NCBI GenBank assembly: GCA_963662465.1
Contig: OY759599.1
Coordinates: 7,424,001 to 7,488,000 of the forward strand
Source of the DNA: Desulfatiglandales bacterium
GTDB taxonomy: Bacteria; Desulfobacterota; DSM-4660; Desulfatiglandales; Desulfatiglandaceae
Direction: 5' to 3'
DNA: 64,000 nucleotides
The notes beneath the pieces are model-generated. The model did no database searches. It was not told the origin of the DNA and worked only from the letters and a program-made list of their open reading frames with translations. A program made the translations under genes and the position numbers. Every line of letters begins with the position of its first letter. Position 1 is the first letter of the stretch. Shown here one piece after another: positions 1-8,525 of the stretch.

Positions 1-1
1 G

Positions 2-217
2 GACTCCGCAATCTATAACATAGGTTTAGATCAGGCTTCTTTGAGATCGGACAAATCGCGAGAGGATGATGTTCTGAGTATTTCAGGGAATTTCCATCAT
101 GGTATCGCCTCAACCCATGTTGTGAAATCATATCAAAAAGTATCTGAAATCATAGATAATATAGGCTATGACTTGGATCAATGCCTGAGCTTTTGCAAGC
201 TTTTGCCGGAGGCTTAG
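2..217 (+). CDS. 3' end of a hypothetical protein (possibly TIGR04255-like), truncated by the window edge
   Basis: Frame 2 is open from the window start to TAG at 215-217 (DSAIYNIGLDQ...ISGNFHHGI...CKLLPEA*). The stop overlaps the AGGAGG RBS of the next gene. The family guess rests only on the SGNFH segment followed by an amphipathic C-terminal helix. Confidence 0.55.
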   Translation, partial: DSAIYNIGLDQASLRSDKSREDDVLSISGNFHHGIASTHVVKSYQKVSEIIDNIGYDLDQCLSFCKLLPEA

Positions 218-226
218 GAGGAAACC

Positions 227-919
227 ATGGCACGATTGTCGGAAAACACGGAAAGTTATGAGGATAGATTCGCCGAATTCGCCCGTCTTCGCACCATAGA
301 AGACTGGAAACAGAATTTGTGGCCCTTGACCACTCAGGGGGGGAGCTACGCTTACGGCATCGGTTACATTAGCAACCAAACCTCAGAATTTGATACAGCA
401 TATGATGATATCACCCGGGCGAGCGCTTCGGATGCTTTACTTGACACGGATCGTGCCGACGATGACTGCTTTTTTCCAAACAAGCAAATTTCAGCCAAGA
501 GCGAATCCAGGCCTTCAATTGTTGAGGAGTTCGCGCCCTATTTCAGAAAAAAAACCGTAGAGAACGAACTGCGAGGATATCTGCACCTGGAAGAAGGTTG
601 GAACGGTGCAAACAGTGTCGCGCCACCCGAGCTTGCCGTTGAAAACGCCGTTTTATTTCTTTCCCGTTTTCCTTATGACCTAACGCAACCCACCCCAATG
701 GTTGCGGCGGATGGTGAGGTTGGCCTCTACTGGCGATATCAAGGTGCATATGTTGAATTGGAGTTTACAGGTGATGGCATCATGTTCGGTTATGGTTGCG
801 ACCTCCAAGGCAACGAAGCATTCATTGATGATGTGTCGGTGGATTCACACGAAGAAATGGAAGAGGCAATCGGCATTGTATCTAAGATAGTGGCTGAATT
901 TCCCTTGGACGATGACTAA
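227..919 (+). CDS. Hypothetical acidic protein; candidate antitoxin/accessory subunit
   Basis: Strong AGGAGG RBS, 230 aa. C-terminal domain LEEGWNG..S.AP...AV..A..FL....P.P.V..DGEV.L.W...ELEF.GDG. Overlaps the next gene by 8 bp. Confidence 0.75.
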   Translation: MARLSENTESYEDRFAEFARLRTIEDWKQNLWPLTTQGGSYAYGIGYISNQTSEFDTAYDDITRASASDALLDTDRADDDCFFPNKQISAKSESRPSIVEEFAPYFRKKTVENELRGYLHLEEGWNGANSVAPPELAVENAVLFLSRFPYDLTQPTPMVAADGEVGLYWRYQGAYVELEFTGDGIMFGYGCDLQGNEAFIDDVSVDSHEEMEEAIGIVSKIVAEFPLDDD

Positions 920-1412
920 GTCTGTTGATGATGAACAGGTATCTCAAAGTGAGTTTTCGTGCGGTTTTGTCGAAGATGGTGAGGACATTATCCGAATCAT
1001 TGTTCATCCCCATCACATCGAGACAGGGGATATTCAACTAAAAACAGCCGCCTTTCAGCGCATTGAATTGACGGAGAGGGGCGCTTCCATTGAACGTAAG
1101 GCCCTTACCGATCCCATAAAACTCACTCATAGTTCCCAAAAACTTCTCACCAAGGAAGACCGATCCATAGCCGGATATGCACTGGTGGAGTGTTCATCCA
1201 TAAGGGCTGTCGTTGATGAAACGGGAGAACGGATTTTTTGTGTGTTGGATACGGCATTGAAATGCAATCCCGCCCATGGTGATATCTTTTTCGCCAAGGA
1301 ACTTCCCAAATCAAAGCAAGTCAAATATAGAAATGATTTAATAAGCGCCTTCAATAGAAGGCTAAATTCCCACGGTTCATTATACGGGGTGCAAGACATA
1401 TTTGCGCCCTAG
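912..1412 (+). CDS. Hypothetical protein with an ADP-ribosyltransferase-like (R-S-H; Tse2/CmdT/RES-like) motif pattern
   Basis: 166 aa, ATGACTAA overlap with the upstream gene. Motifs EDIIRII...KTAAF...GASIER...VLDT...NPAHGDI. Confidence 0.6.
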   Translation: MTKSVDDEQVSQSEFSCGFVEDGEDIIRIIVHPHHIETGDIQLKTAAFQRIELTERGASIERKALTDPIKLTHSSQKLLTKEDRSIAGYALVECSSIRAVVDETGERIFCVLDTALKCNPAHGDIFFAKELPKSKQVKYRNDLISAFNRRLNSHGSLYGVQDIFAP

Positions 1413-1429
1413 ACCGTTACCCTTAACGA

Positions 1430-1819
1430 ATGGGAAAAGCTCATAACCGACGCATCCGGAAAACCCAAGCATTTCTGGAGCAAACCATAGACCCGGCTAC
1501 CGGGGAACCCTATCTTAAACCGGTCAAGGTAAGGCTATTTGGCGAAGACCCGGAAGATGCCGTTCCTTTGCCGCCGTATCTCAATGACGCCTATGATTTT
1601 GAGGGGGAGGCCATCGGGATCTATGCGGGCGGTGGAAACTCAGGGATTATACGAAATGGAGAATTCAAGCGGACGTCACGGGATGAAATAAAGCAGAAGG
1701 TGGGAAGAAGCGAACTCCGTTTGCTCCTTGGCACGGACGCGGCCAGTGAAGGGTTGAATCTGCAGCGGTTAGGGACTCTCATCAATTTTGACCTTCCTTT
1801 TTTGGTGTCGTGGCATTAA
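1430..1819 (+). pseudogene. Fragment of an SNF2-type helicase (PLD-helicase of restriction-like DUF499/DUF1156 defence systems)
   Basis: Contains LLLGTDAASEGLNLQRLGTLINFDLP (helicase motif V) but ends before the expected WNP..LEQR.GRI.R motif VI. No Walker A or DEAH motif. Confidence 0.7.
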
Positions 1820-1825
1820 TGAATG

Positions 1826-3373
1826 CTAACGCTTTTTGAGTTGCTCCCGTTTATCCATTGTTGCCTCCATCTGTTTGTAGACAATGTAGTACTTGAAGAT
1901 GTTGCTCACGTACTGCACCGTCTCCCGGCCAATGACCCTGGCGGTGGCCACTTCCACATTGCCGAACCACAGGTTGGGGTTCAGGCCCATCTTTTTTGTT
2001 TGCTCGCGTAACGCCGTTACCCGGGCCGGACCGGCGTTGTAAGCGGCAAAGGTGAAAAGCATTTTGTTTAATGGGTTCATGGGCGCCTTCTTGTAGTAGC
2101 GGTTGTACAAGAAATGGAGGTATTTGATCCCCGCGTGGATATTGCGGTCCAGCTTATGGATGTTGGTGATGTTGATGGGATCTCCGGCGGCTGTTTTGGG
2201 CAGTATCTGCATTACCCCGACGGCGCCGCGGTCGCTGCGTACGCTCTGGTCCAGGCGCGACTCCTGGTAGCCCAGGGCGGTCACCATCGTATAGTCAAAA
2301 CCGTACTTCCCGGCATATTTGCGGAATAGATCAATGGTCTGGTTGAAGCGCTCGATGTCCTCGGGGCTCAGGGCGTTCCGTGCCCATTTGGTGTTTTCGT
2401 AGTAGCGGTTTGCGATGATGTTGCCCAGGAGCGTCCCGATCTTGACTTCCTTTACGAACCGATCCAGGACTTCCTTTAACTGAGGGCTGTTTTTTCGAAC
2501 CGCCCAGGCGATTTGCTGTCCGCTTTTGAGGACCACGTTTTGATGTACGTTGATTTCCTTGAAAATCCCGGACCAAAAATCAGCCAGATAATTATCCGCC
2601 ACCGTTATGGGGATCAGGTTGGCGTTAACCATCTCCAGGATGTCCTCGGTCTCCAGATTTTCGTTGGCCGGGTTGATTTTTACCGGGGCCTTGCCGCTGC
2701 CGGCGAATTTCTGATTGAGTCGGGTCAGGGTCTCGAAATAGCTGGAGGATTTGCGCACGTACACCGTTTTTCCCGATAGGTCCTCCACACTGTTGATGGG
2801 TGGGGCGCTCGGGCCGGTCACCACCAACTCCCGGGCGTTGGTGTAATAAGGCGTTGCAAAGTCCGCTTTTTTGAGGCGCTTTGGGGTAATGGTCAGGTTG
2901 CCGGCGGCAATGTCCCCAAGGCCCTTGTTCAGGTAGGGAAGCAGCTGGTTCCGTGATACCGGCAAGTATACGATGTTGATTCGGAGATGTTTTTGGGTAG
3001 AGCCCTTTTTTATGAGTTTTTTGTACAGGAATTTCTCAAATTTTTGAAAAATCTCATAGGTAAAACCGCGATTATCGGCGCCGTCCAGGAAGAAATCAGT
3101 TTTGTTGTAAGCGACCAGCACGCGGATGAAACGACGCTCTATCATGCCGTTCAGATCCCCTTTCCAGGGTTCAAGGATCTTTTTCATGGCCGCGTTGTCA
3201 GAGATGGACTGTGCCACGGCTTCTTGCGGCATTCCGGAAAGGCTCAACACCAACGACAGCATGAAAAGGGGAAGAAAAAACATCCGGTGGCCGAAGCCAT
3301 ATAGCCGGGTCCATACAGATTCGCTCTTTTCATGATTGTTTTTCAAATGGTTCACTATAATTTTAACTTTCAC
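1826..3373 (-). CDS. MltF-like lytic transglycosylase (periplasmic substrate-binding domain + SLT domain)
   Basis: GDIAAGNLTIT in the SBP_bac_3 domain; SLT motifs YQESRL, GAVGVMQI, AAYNAGP, ETVQYV; signal-like hydrophobic segment. The true start may be about 30 codons downstream of 3373. Confidence 0.88.
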   Translation of the reverse strand: MKVKIIVNHLKNNHEKSESVWTRLYGFGHRMFFLPLFMLSLVLSLSGMPQEAVAQSISDNAAMKKILEPWKGDLNGMIERRFIRVLVAYNKTDFFLDGADNRGFTYEIFQKFEKFLYKKLIKKGSTQKHLRINIVYLPVSRNQLLPYLNKGLGDIAAGNLTITPKRLKKADFATPYYTNARELVVTGPSAPPINSVEDLSGKTVYVRKSSSYFETLTRLNQKFAGSGKAPVKINPANENLETEDILEMVNANLIPITVADNYLADFWSGIFKEINVHQNVVLKSGQQIAWAVRKNSPQLKEVLDRFVKEVKIGTLLGNIIANRYYENTKWARNALSPEDIERFNQTIDLFRKYAGKYGFDYTMVTALGYQESRLDQSVRSDRGAVGVMQILPKTAAGDPINITNIHKLDRNIHAGIKYLHFLYNRYYKKAPMNPLNKMLFTFAAYNAGPARVTALREQTKKMGLNPNLWFGNVEVATARVIGRETVQYVSNIFKYYIVYKQMEATMDKREQLKKR

Positions 3374-3473
3374 TTTCCGTTTTCTCAGGCCATTCGAAGC
3401 ATTTATTGATCCGTGTTCAGTATCCTTCTCGGTAATATTTCTTATCTTTCTTCACGGGTTGTTTATGCCCGGT

Positions 3474-4607
3474 TTAATGATTTTCAGGTGTCTTGGGGAA
3501 GAAGTGCTCCTCGGCGCCTTCTTCTTCAAAAAGTTCCGGATAGAGTTTTTTGGCGCAATCAGGGCAGATGCCGTGGCTGAATTTGGCATCAGAGTGCTTT
3601 CCGATGTAGGCCTCAACTTGATTCCAGTACCCGCGGTCGTCACGGATTTTTTTGCAGGATGCACATATGGGGATCAAACCGCTTAAGGTCTTGACTTTGG
3701 ATAAGGCTTCCTGAAGTTCCGCGATCAGCCTTTCCCGCTCCGCTGCCGCCAGGCGTTTGGCGGTGATATCCTGTCCTGAGCTGAGGACGCCGGTAATGTT
3801 TCCGGATGCATCCGTAAGAATGGTATTGTGCCAGGCGATGATTTTTTCTTTGCCGTCATGGGCAACAACCGGGTTTTCATGGTATTCTTCCGGATCGATG
3901 TTTCCGGCGATCAGGTTTTCAAAGGCTTTGATGGTATCAGGGCGAATATTGTCGGGAACGAAGGTTTCAAACCAGTTTCGGCCGATGATTTCATTTTCTT
4001 CGTAACCCATGACTTCGCAGCCCCTTTGATTGATGAGGGTTAACAGACCCTTCCGGTCAAAGGCGATCAACATGACGCTTGCCGTGTCCAGGTATTTTTG
4101 GGCTCTGTCCCTTTCGATTTTGATGCTTTGGTTTGCCCGCTCCAGTTTCTGAAAATTTCGAGCGTTGGCAATCACCAGGGCGAGTACCGGAGCGGTGGAC
4201 AGGGCGAGATTCTGGTAATGGCGTTTGTGGTTCGCGAACAGGAGCCCATCCAATTCCAGTACGCCAAGGGTCCGGCCGGAATGTTGAATGGCCAGTGCAA
4301 ACCCTTTTTCCAAATCGGTCCAACCGGCATTTCCGGGGAAACCGTGCAGTCGTTTTAATCGCTCATTACTGACGGAAAGGGAAGGGGGGCTGGTTTTGAT
4401 TTTTTCAGGCTTTCCGTCCCTTATGGGAAGGTAGATCAGACTCCGGGGTGCAAAAAGCATGGAGAAGAGTTCCATGATTTTTTGGATGGCAGCCTCTTCA
4501 TCCGTGATGCCGGTCAGTTGCCCCAGCATATCGAAGACCATGGCATACTCGGCCAGTCGCTGGTTGTCGTTGGGCAATGGGGTTTGAGGGAAAGATTTAT
4601 CGGCCAT
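3474..4607 (-). CDS. GAF-like + PAS sensor protein with a C-terminal CxxC...CxxC metal-binding domain
   Basis: PAS/PAC (IIGRNWFETF...IAWHN...SSGQDIT), a coiled coil, then LSGLIPICASCKKIRD...FSHGICPDC. No kinase or GGDEF domain. Confidence 0.8.
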   Translation of the reverse strand: MADKSFPQTPLPNDNQRLAEYAMVFDMLGQLTGITDEEAAIQKIMELFSMLFAPRSLIYLPIRDGKPEKIKTSPPSLSVSNERLKRLHGFPGNAGWTDLEKGFALAIQHSGRTLGVLELDGLLFANHKRHYQNLALSTAPVLALVIANARNFQKLERANQSIKIERDRAQKYLDTASVMLIAFDRKGLLTLINQRGCEVMGYEENEIIGRNWFETFVPDNIRPDTIKAFENLIAGNIDPEEYHENPVVAHDGKEKIIAWHNTILTDASGNITGVLSSGQDITAKRLAAAERERLIAELQEALSKVKTLSGLIPICASCKKIRDDRGYWNQVEAYIGKHSDAKFSHGICPDCAKKLYPELFEEEGAEEHFFPKTPENH

Positions 4608-4613
4608 AAGGGC

Positions 4614-5663
4614 TTAAACCCAATCGAGCGGATACCGGCCCCATCGGCGAACCGCTTCGGATATGGCCATCAGAACTTCATGGGGAATCTGCCAGGGGAT
4701 TTCCCCATGGTTGTCTGAGAGGATGAAGCCGCCTCCGGGTCCCGCTTTTTTTATGGCCTCTTTCACGACTGTTTCCGCCTGCTCCGGGGTCCACCGGCGC
4801 ATCTCGATGCCGTTCAGGTTTCCCAGCACCGTCAGGTTGTTCTTTTGGCAGGCGGCTTTGATTTCACCCAGATCCTCAAGCACGCTGATACCCACAATGG
4901 CGGTGCCGGTTTGGGCCACATGGTCGATGATGGGCAGACAGCGCTCCGAGGCAAAATGGGTGGCCGTGGGGCCGTTTATTTGTGCGAGGGTTTTTTTGGC
5001 CACCTGAAATCCGGTCTCTAAATACATATTTGGGGGCGTGATACTGGAAGAAGAGACGGGATCGAAATAGCAGATGGCCGTTGCTCCAGCGCTCAATTGC
5101 GCGTTGGCCCAATCAACGCAGAAAGCTTCATTGATTTTCATCAGGTGTTCAAAAAGATCGCGCCTTTCGTACATGAGTTCGATGTAGCGGTCAAACCCCA
5201 TCTGCATTACGGGCAGTGAGAAGGGACTCATGACCACCCCGATAATGGGGATTTGGTCGCCGGATGTCGTCTTCAGCAGTTCAATGGTTTTTAATACTTG
5301 CAGCAAACATGGGGATTCATAGACGGCAGGGGGGGCAAGGTGCATTATTTCTTCCGGATTACGAATGAAAGGCGTTCCTGAATTGGGGGGACCATCTTCA
5401 AAAAAGATGACTTCACCCCCAAAGGCCTCCACTTCAATGGGGGCATAAAAGAAAGGATACAAGCAATCATGACCGTATTTTTTTTGCATGCGAAGCTGAC
5501 CTTCAACGACATTTTCCGCTTTAGAGAAATATCCTTTGATGGAAAGCCCCAGCTCTTTTGCCCCGTGCAGGGTGAGCAGCAGGAAAAAGGGAACCTGATC
5601 CGGTTCTTTGTGGGAAAGGGCGGTGAGGACTCGGTCCATGGAGGAAAGGGGTTGGTGGTTCAT
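4614..5663 (-). CDS. Uroporphyrinogen decarboxylase / MtaA-CmuA methyltransferase family protein
   Basis: MDRVLTALSHKEPDQVP N-terminus, VEAFGGEV, AQLSAGA, VLGNLN, GGGFILS. ATGA overlap with the corrinoid gene. Confidence 0.85.
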   Translation of the reverse strand: MNHQPLSSMDRVLTALSHKEPDQVPFFLLLTLHGAKELGLSIKGYFSKAENVVEGQLRMQKKYGHDCLYPFFYAPIEVEAFGGEVIFFEDGPPNSGTPFIRNPEEIMHLAPPAVYESPCLLQVLKTIELLKTTSGDQIPIIGVVMSPFSLPVMQMGFDRYIELMYERRDLFEHLMKINEAFCVDWANAQLSAGATAICYFDPVSSSSITPPNMYLETGFQVAKKTLAQINGPTATHFASERCLPIIDHVAQTGTAIVGISVLEDLGEIKAACQKNNLTVLGNLNGIEMRRWTPEQAETVVKEAIKKAGPGGGFILSDNHGEIPWQIPHEVLMAISEAVRRWGRYPLDWV

Positions 5664-6331
5664 GAGGGAACTCCCAAAATATTTTCAATAAGGGTAACGG
5701 CATCGGATGCGTCCCGGCACATGGCATCGGCGCCCACTTCTTTCCAAAGGGCGTCGTCCATGCGAAAGGGTGCGCCGCCCACCACAATTTTTATCGGTGG
5801 AACCGCCCCCGTCAGTTTTTCCTTTACTGTTTTGACCTGCAAGGCGGAGGGGAGCATCAGGGCCGAAATGAACAGCAATTCGATGTTATCCCGAAGCGTT
5901 TGGTCAACCAGTTCATCCACATCCATTCGGCCATAATCTTTGAGGTCGTATCCGGATGCCCTCAGGGTTGCCAGGACAATCCGTTTGCCCAGCAGGTGAT
6001 AGTCTTGAAGCACGGCGATGGCCATTTTCGGTTGATGTTTTCGCTCGGGTGCTTCCGCGGGAAGGATTTTTTCCACCAGTTCTTCGCATATGCGGCCCGA
6101 CATGTATACCTGCGACAGGGCGATTCGGCCGGCATTCCAACCCTCTCCGATACGTTCCAGGGTGGGGACAACCATGTGTTCTACCAGTTCCATTGGTGAC
6201 CAGATGTGGCTTGCTTCCATAAACAGATCGCCGGCTCCCAGTCGATCAAGGGAAAGCAGGGCCGCTTCGAACCGGGTTGCCATGTCTTCTGTTTGGGGCA
6301 TGGTTTGGATCCTGATGATTGGGGTTGGCAT
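5660..6331 (-). CDS. Cobalamin (B12)-binding corrinoid protein
   Basis: Cap domain (LERIGEGW...LSQVY) plus DxHxxG (DYHLLG), SxL (SAL) and GG (VGGA) motifs. The start could be 6301. Confidence 0.88.
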   Translation of the reverse strand: MPTPIIRIQTMPQTEDMATRFEAALLSLDRLGAGDLFMEASHIWSPMELVEHMVVPTLERIGEGWNAGRIALSQVYMSGRICEELVEKILPAEAPERKHQPKMAIAVLQDYHLLGKRIVLATLRASGYDLKDYGRMDVDELVDQTLRDNIELLFISALMLPSALQVKTVKEKLTGAVPPIKIVVGGAPFRMDDALWKEVGADAMCRDASDAVTLIENILGVPS

Positions 6332-6387
6332 AATCTATTATTATACAGGAATGATAATTTACGGCAACGGAAAAAGCCGATTTTCGA

Positions 6388-8301
6388 TTATTGAAGCGGC
6401 GGTTTGGGATCAGCTTTCCCGATGTCTTTCAGATGTAGCAGCAGGATGCGTCGCACTTCCTCGATGGTCAGGGGATGGCCCTGACAGGAGTGACCGCTTT
6501 TCACAATGAATTCGGATGCCACATAGTCCACATGGGCGCTCTGATATGCCACCACCCCGTCATCCCCTTGGGTCGGGTCTCCATTGCCCTGGACCGCGAT
6601 AATGGAATGGCCTTTGACTCCCGGGGCCAGGGGGATGTTCGCCAGGGCCAGCAGGGATGGATTCTTGGGGCTCATGCTGTCAATGCTGGTGCGGTTTTCC
6701 GTAAAACGCCATTCCTCCGGCACTTCGGCGGCGGCCAGGGCTTTGCCCAGAATTACGGTTTGCTTGACGATATCCACGGGCAGGGACACCAGCCTCCGGA
6801 CCAGGTTGCGAACCCAGTCCCCGGCCAGAAAACTCCCCCTGTGGGGCGTGGAAATGAACACCACCCGGCGCACAAAGGGCAAGGGTGCAAAGACCGCTCT
6901 TTCACGGATCAGTCGGCGCTGTTCGGGCGTCAGATCCAGCTCCGCCAATCCTTTTCCGGTAACGCTTCTGACAATCCTGTCCCCTGTGTCAACGGCGGTC
7001 AGCTTGGTTAAGAGCCCTCCCTGGCTGTGCCCGATGATCACCATATCCTGAAGGGCCTTGTTCCGGCCTTCGGGGTCCAGCCTGGTCACCGTTTGCGTCA
7101 GGGTCTCACGAAACTGATGGGCTGAGAGGCCGATGGTTTTGCCGCTGTCGTAAAAATAAAACCAGAACTGGCAGCGCCAGCGGAGGATCGGGTCCGCCAT
7201 CAGGGTATTGGCCATTTCCGCCCACCAGACCGGGCTGCTGGCGGTTCCGTGAACAAATATGACGGGGATTTGAGCGGGGTTGTAGGGTTTGATAAAGTAG
7301 AGGCCGGTGGGAATGGGGCTCTTGCCCATGAAAAATGCCGCGATGTCCAGGTCCCAGAGGACCGGCTGGTTGAGGTTGTAGGCCAGTTGGGCGCTGAGAT
7401 CGCTTTCAAGGGGGACGAATTTTCCGTCAATTTCCACGCGGGTTCGATCAAAGGGGGCATAAAGTTCCAGTTTCCCTTGCAGCGAACCCTTTTTAAGCGA
7501 TTGAATATTACCCTCAATTCTCATGAGCAGGGTTCCGGGCGAGCTGCGTTTGATGGGCAGTTTGGCAGTTTTTTTGCCTACGGCGATAAAGGCCGTCCCC
7601 AGTCCCGCATCCCGGTTTCGGCGGCTGAGACCATAAATATCCAGCCGGTCCGCGGCAACGACTTTTTCGAAACGATCAGGTGCTACCGGAAAATTTCGGG
7701 CATCAAGGGTCAAATCGATACTTCCGAAGGGCAATTGCCGGGCGCCTGCGTCAAATACCAGGTTCCCTTTGCTATCGGTGATTGCCTCGGCAAGGGCGAT
7801 GTTGTAGATATCGCATGCCAGTCGATAACGCCGATCAAAGGGATTTGCCGGTTTGTTCCGGGTTTCATCGAACAGGTAAAAATAGGCATAGATGGCCGCA
7901 CTAAGGTAATATGCCCTGTTTTCAGGAAGCGGGGTGTCGTCCAGATCTCTCAAAGTGTGTTTTGCTGTAAAATAATTCAGTTCCGCCAGGGCGAACAGGA
8001 GATCCCGCCGATTGTCCTCATTGATTTTCCGGTGAAGTTCATTAAGGCACTTCAGGGGATTTTCCCTGAAAAATTCGCCCATGTTGTAGCGTTGAAGCAC
8101 ATTTTTCGATGTGGCGCTGTATTGTGCGTTCAGCAGTGCATTGGTATTGATCTGTTCATAGGCCTTTCGAAAGCCCACATCTTTTGTACCGATGGCCGCA
8201 CCGCAACTCATTAGAACCAGCCATAAAAGAAGTGCCGAACATAATTTCAAACCGCCCGGCCATATTCGGTTGGTTTCATGGGAATTGAATTTTGTGCGCA
8301 T
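6388..8301 (-). CDS. Alpha/beta hydrolase (lipase/esterase-like), probable lipoprotein
   Basis: VIFVHGT, nucleophile elbow GHSQGG, STPHRGS, DDGVVAY.SAH, SGHSCQ; lipobox-like LVLMSC. Confidence 0.85.
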   Translation of the reverse strand: MRTKFNSHETNRIWPGGLKLCSALLLWLVLMSCGAAIGTKDVGFRKAYEQINTNALLNAQYSATSKNVLQRYNMGEFFRENPLKCLNELHRKINEDNRRDLLFALAELNYFTAKHTLRDLDDTPLPENRAYYLSAAIYAYFYLFDETRNKPANPFDRRYRLACDIYNIALAEAITDSKGNLVFDAGARQLPFGSIDLTLDARNFPVAPDRFEKVVAADRLDIYGLSRRNRDAGLGTAFIAVGKKTAKLPIKRSSPGTLLMRIEGNIQSLKKGSLQGKLELYAPFDRTRVEIDGKFVPLESDLSAQLAYNLNQPVLWDLDIAAFFMGKSPIPTGLYFIKPYNPAQIPVIFVHGTASSPVWWAEMANTLMADPILRWRCQFWFYFYDSGKTIGLSAHQFRETLTQTVTRLDPEGRNKALQDMVIIGHSQGGLLTKLTAVDTGDRIVRSVTGKGLAELDLTPEQRRLIRERAVFAPLPFVRRVVFISTPHRGSFLAGDWVRNLVRRLVSLPVDIVKQTVILGKALAAAEVPEEWRFTENRTSIDSMSPKNPSLLALANIPLAPGVKGHSIIAVQGNGDPTQGDDGVVAYQSAHVDYVASEFIVKSGHSCQGHPLTIEEVRRILLLHLKDIGKADPKPPLQ

Positions 8302-8525
8302 GGGGTTACCTCAATTTGCTGATGTTTGGGGCATATTCCGTAAAAAAAAATCTTTCCATACGATGTCCAAAAATCATTAATAAATAGACACTATCCTAAC
8401 AGATGGTGTATACAGGTGAAATTCAAGTATGTCGGTTTCGAGGGCATTAAAGTTTAACAGAAATACTATCTGAGGTCGCTTAAAATTATCAATCTTTTAT
8501 TTTAGAAAATTTTCTCAGGCCTAAA

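Noticed and set aside
5660..6331. hgcA-like mercury methylation gene
   Set aside because: Lacks the N(V/I)WCA(A/G)GK motif, TM domain and hgcB; it is a DxHxxG-type corrinoid protein.
7249..8214. 321-aa plus-strand ORF
   Set aside because: Antisense shadow of the alpha/beta hydrolase; no motifs.
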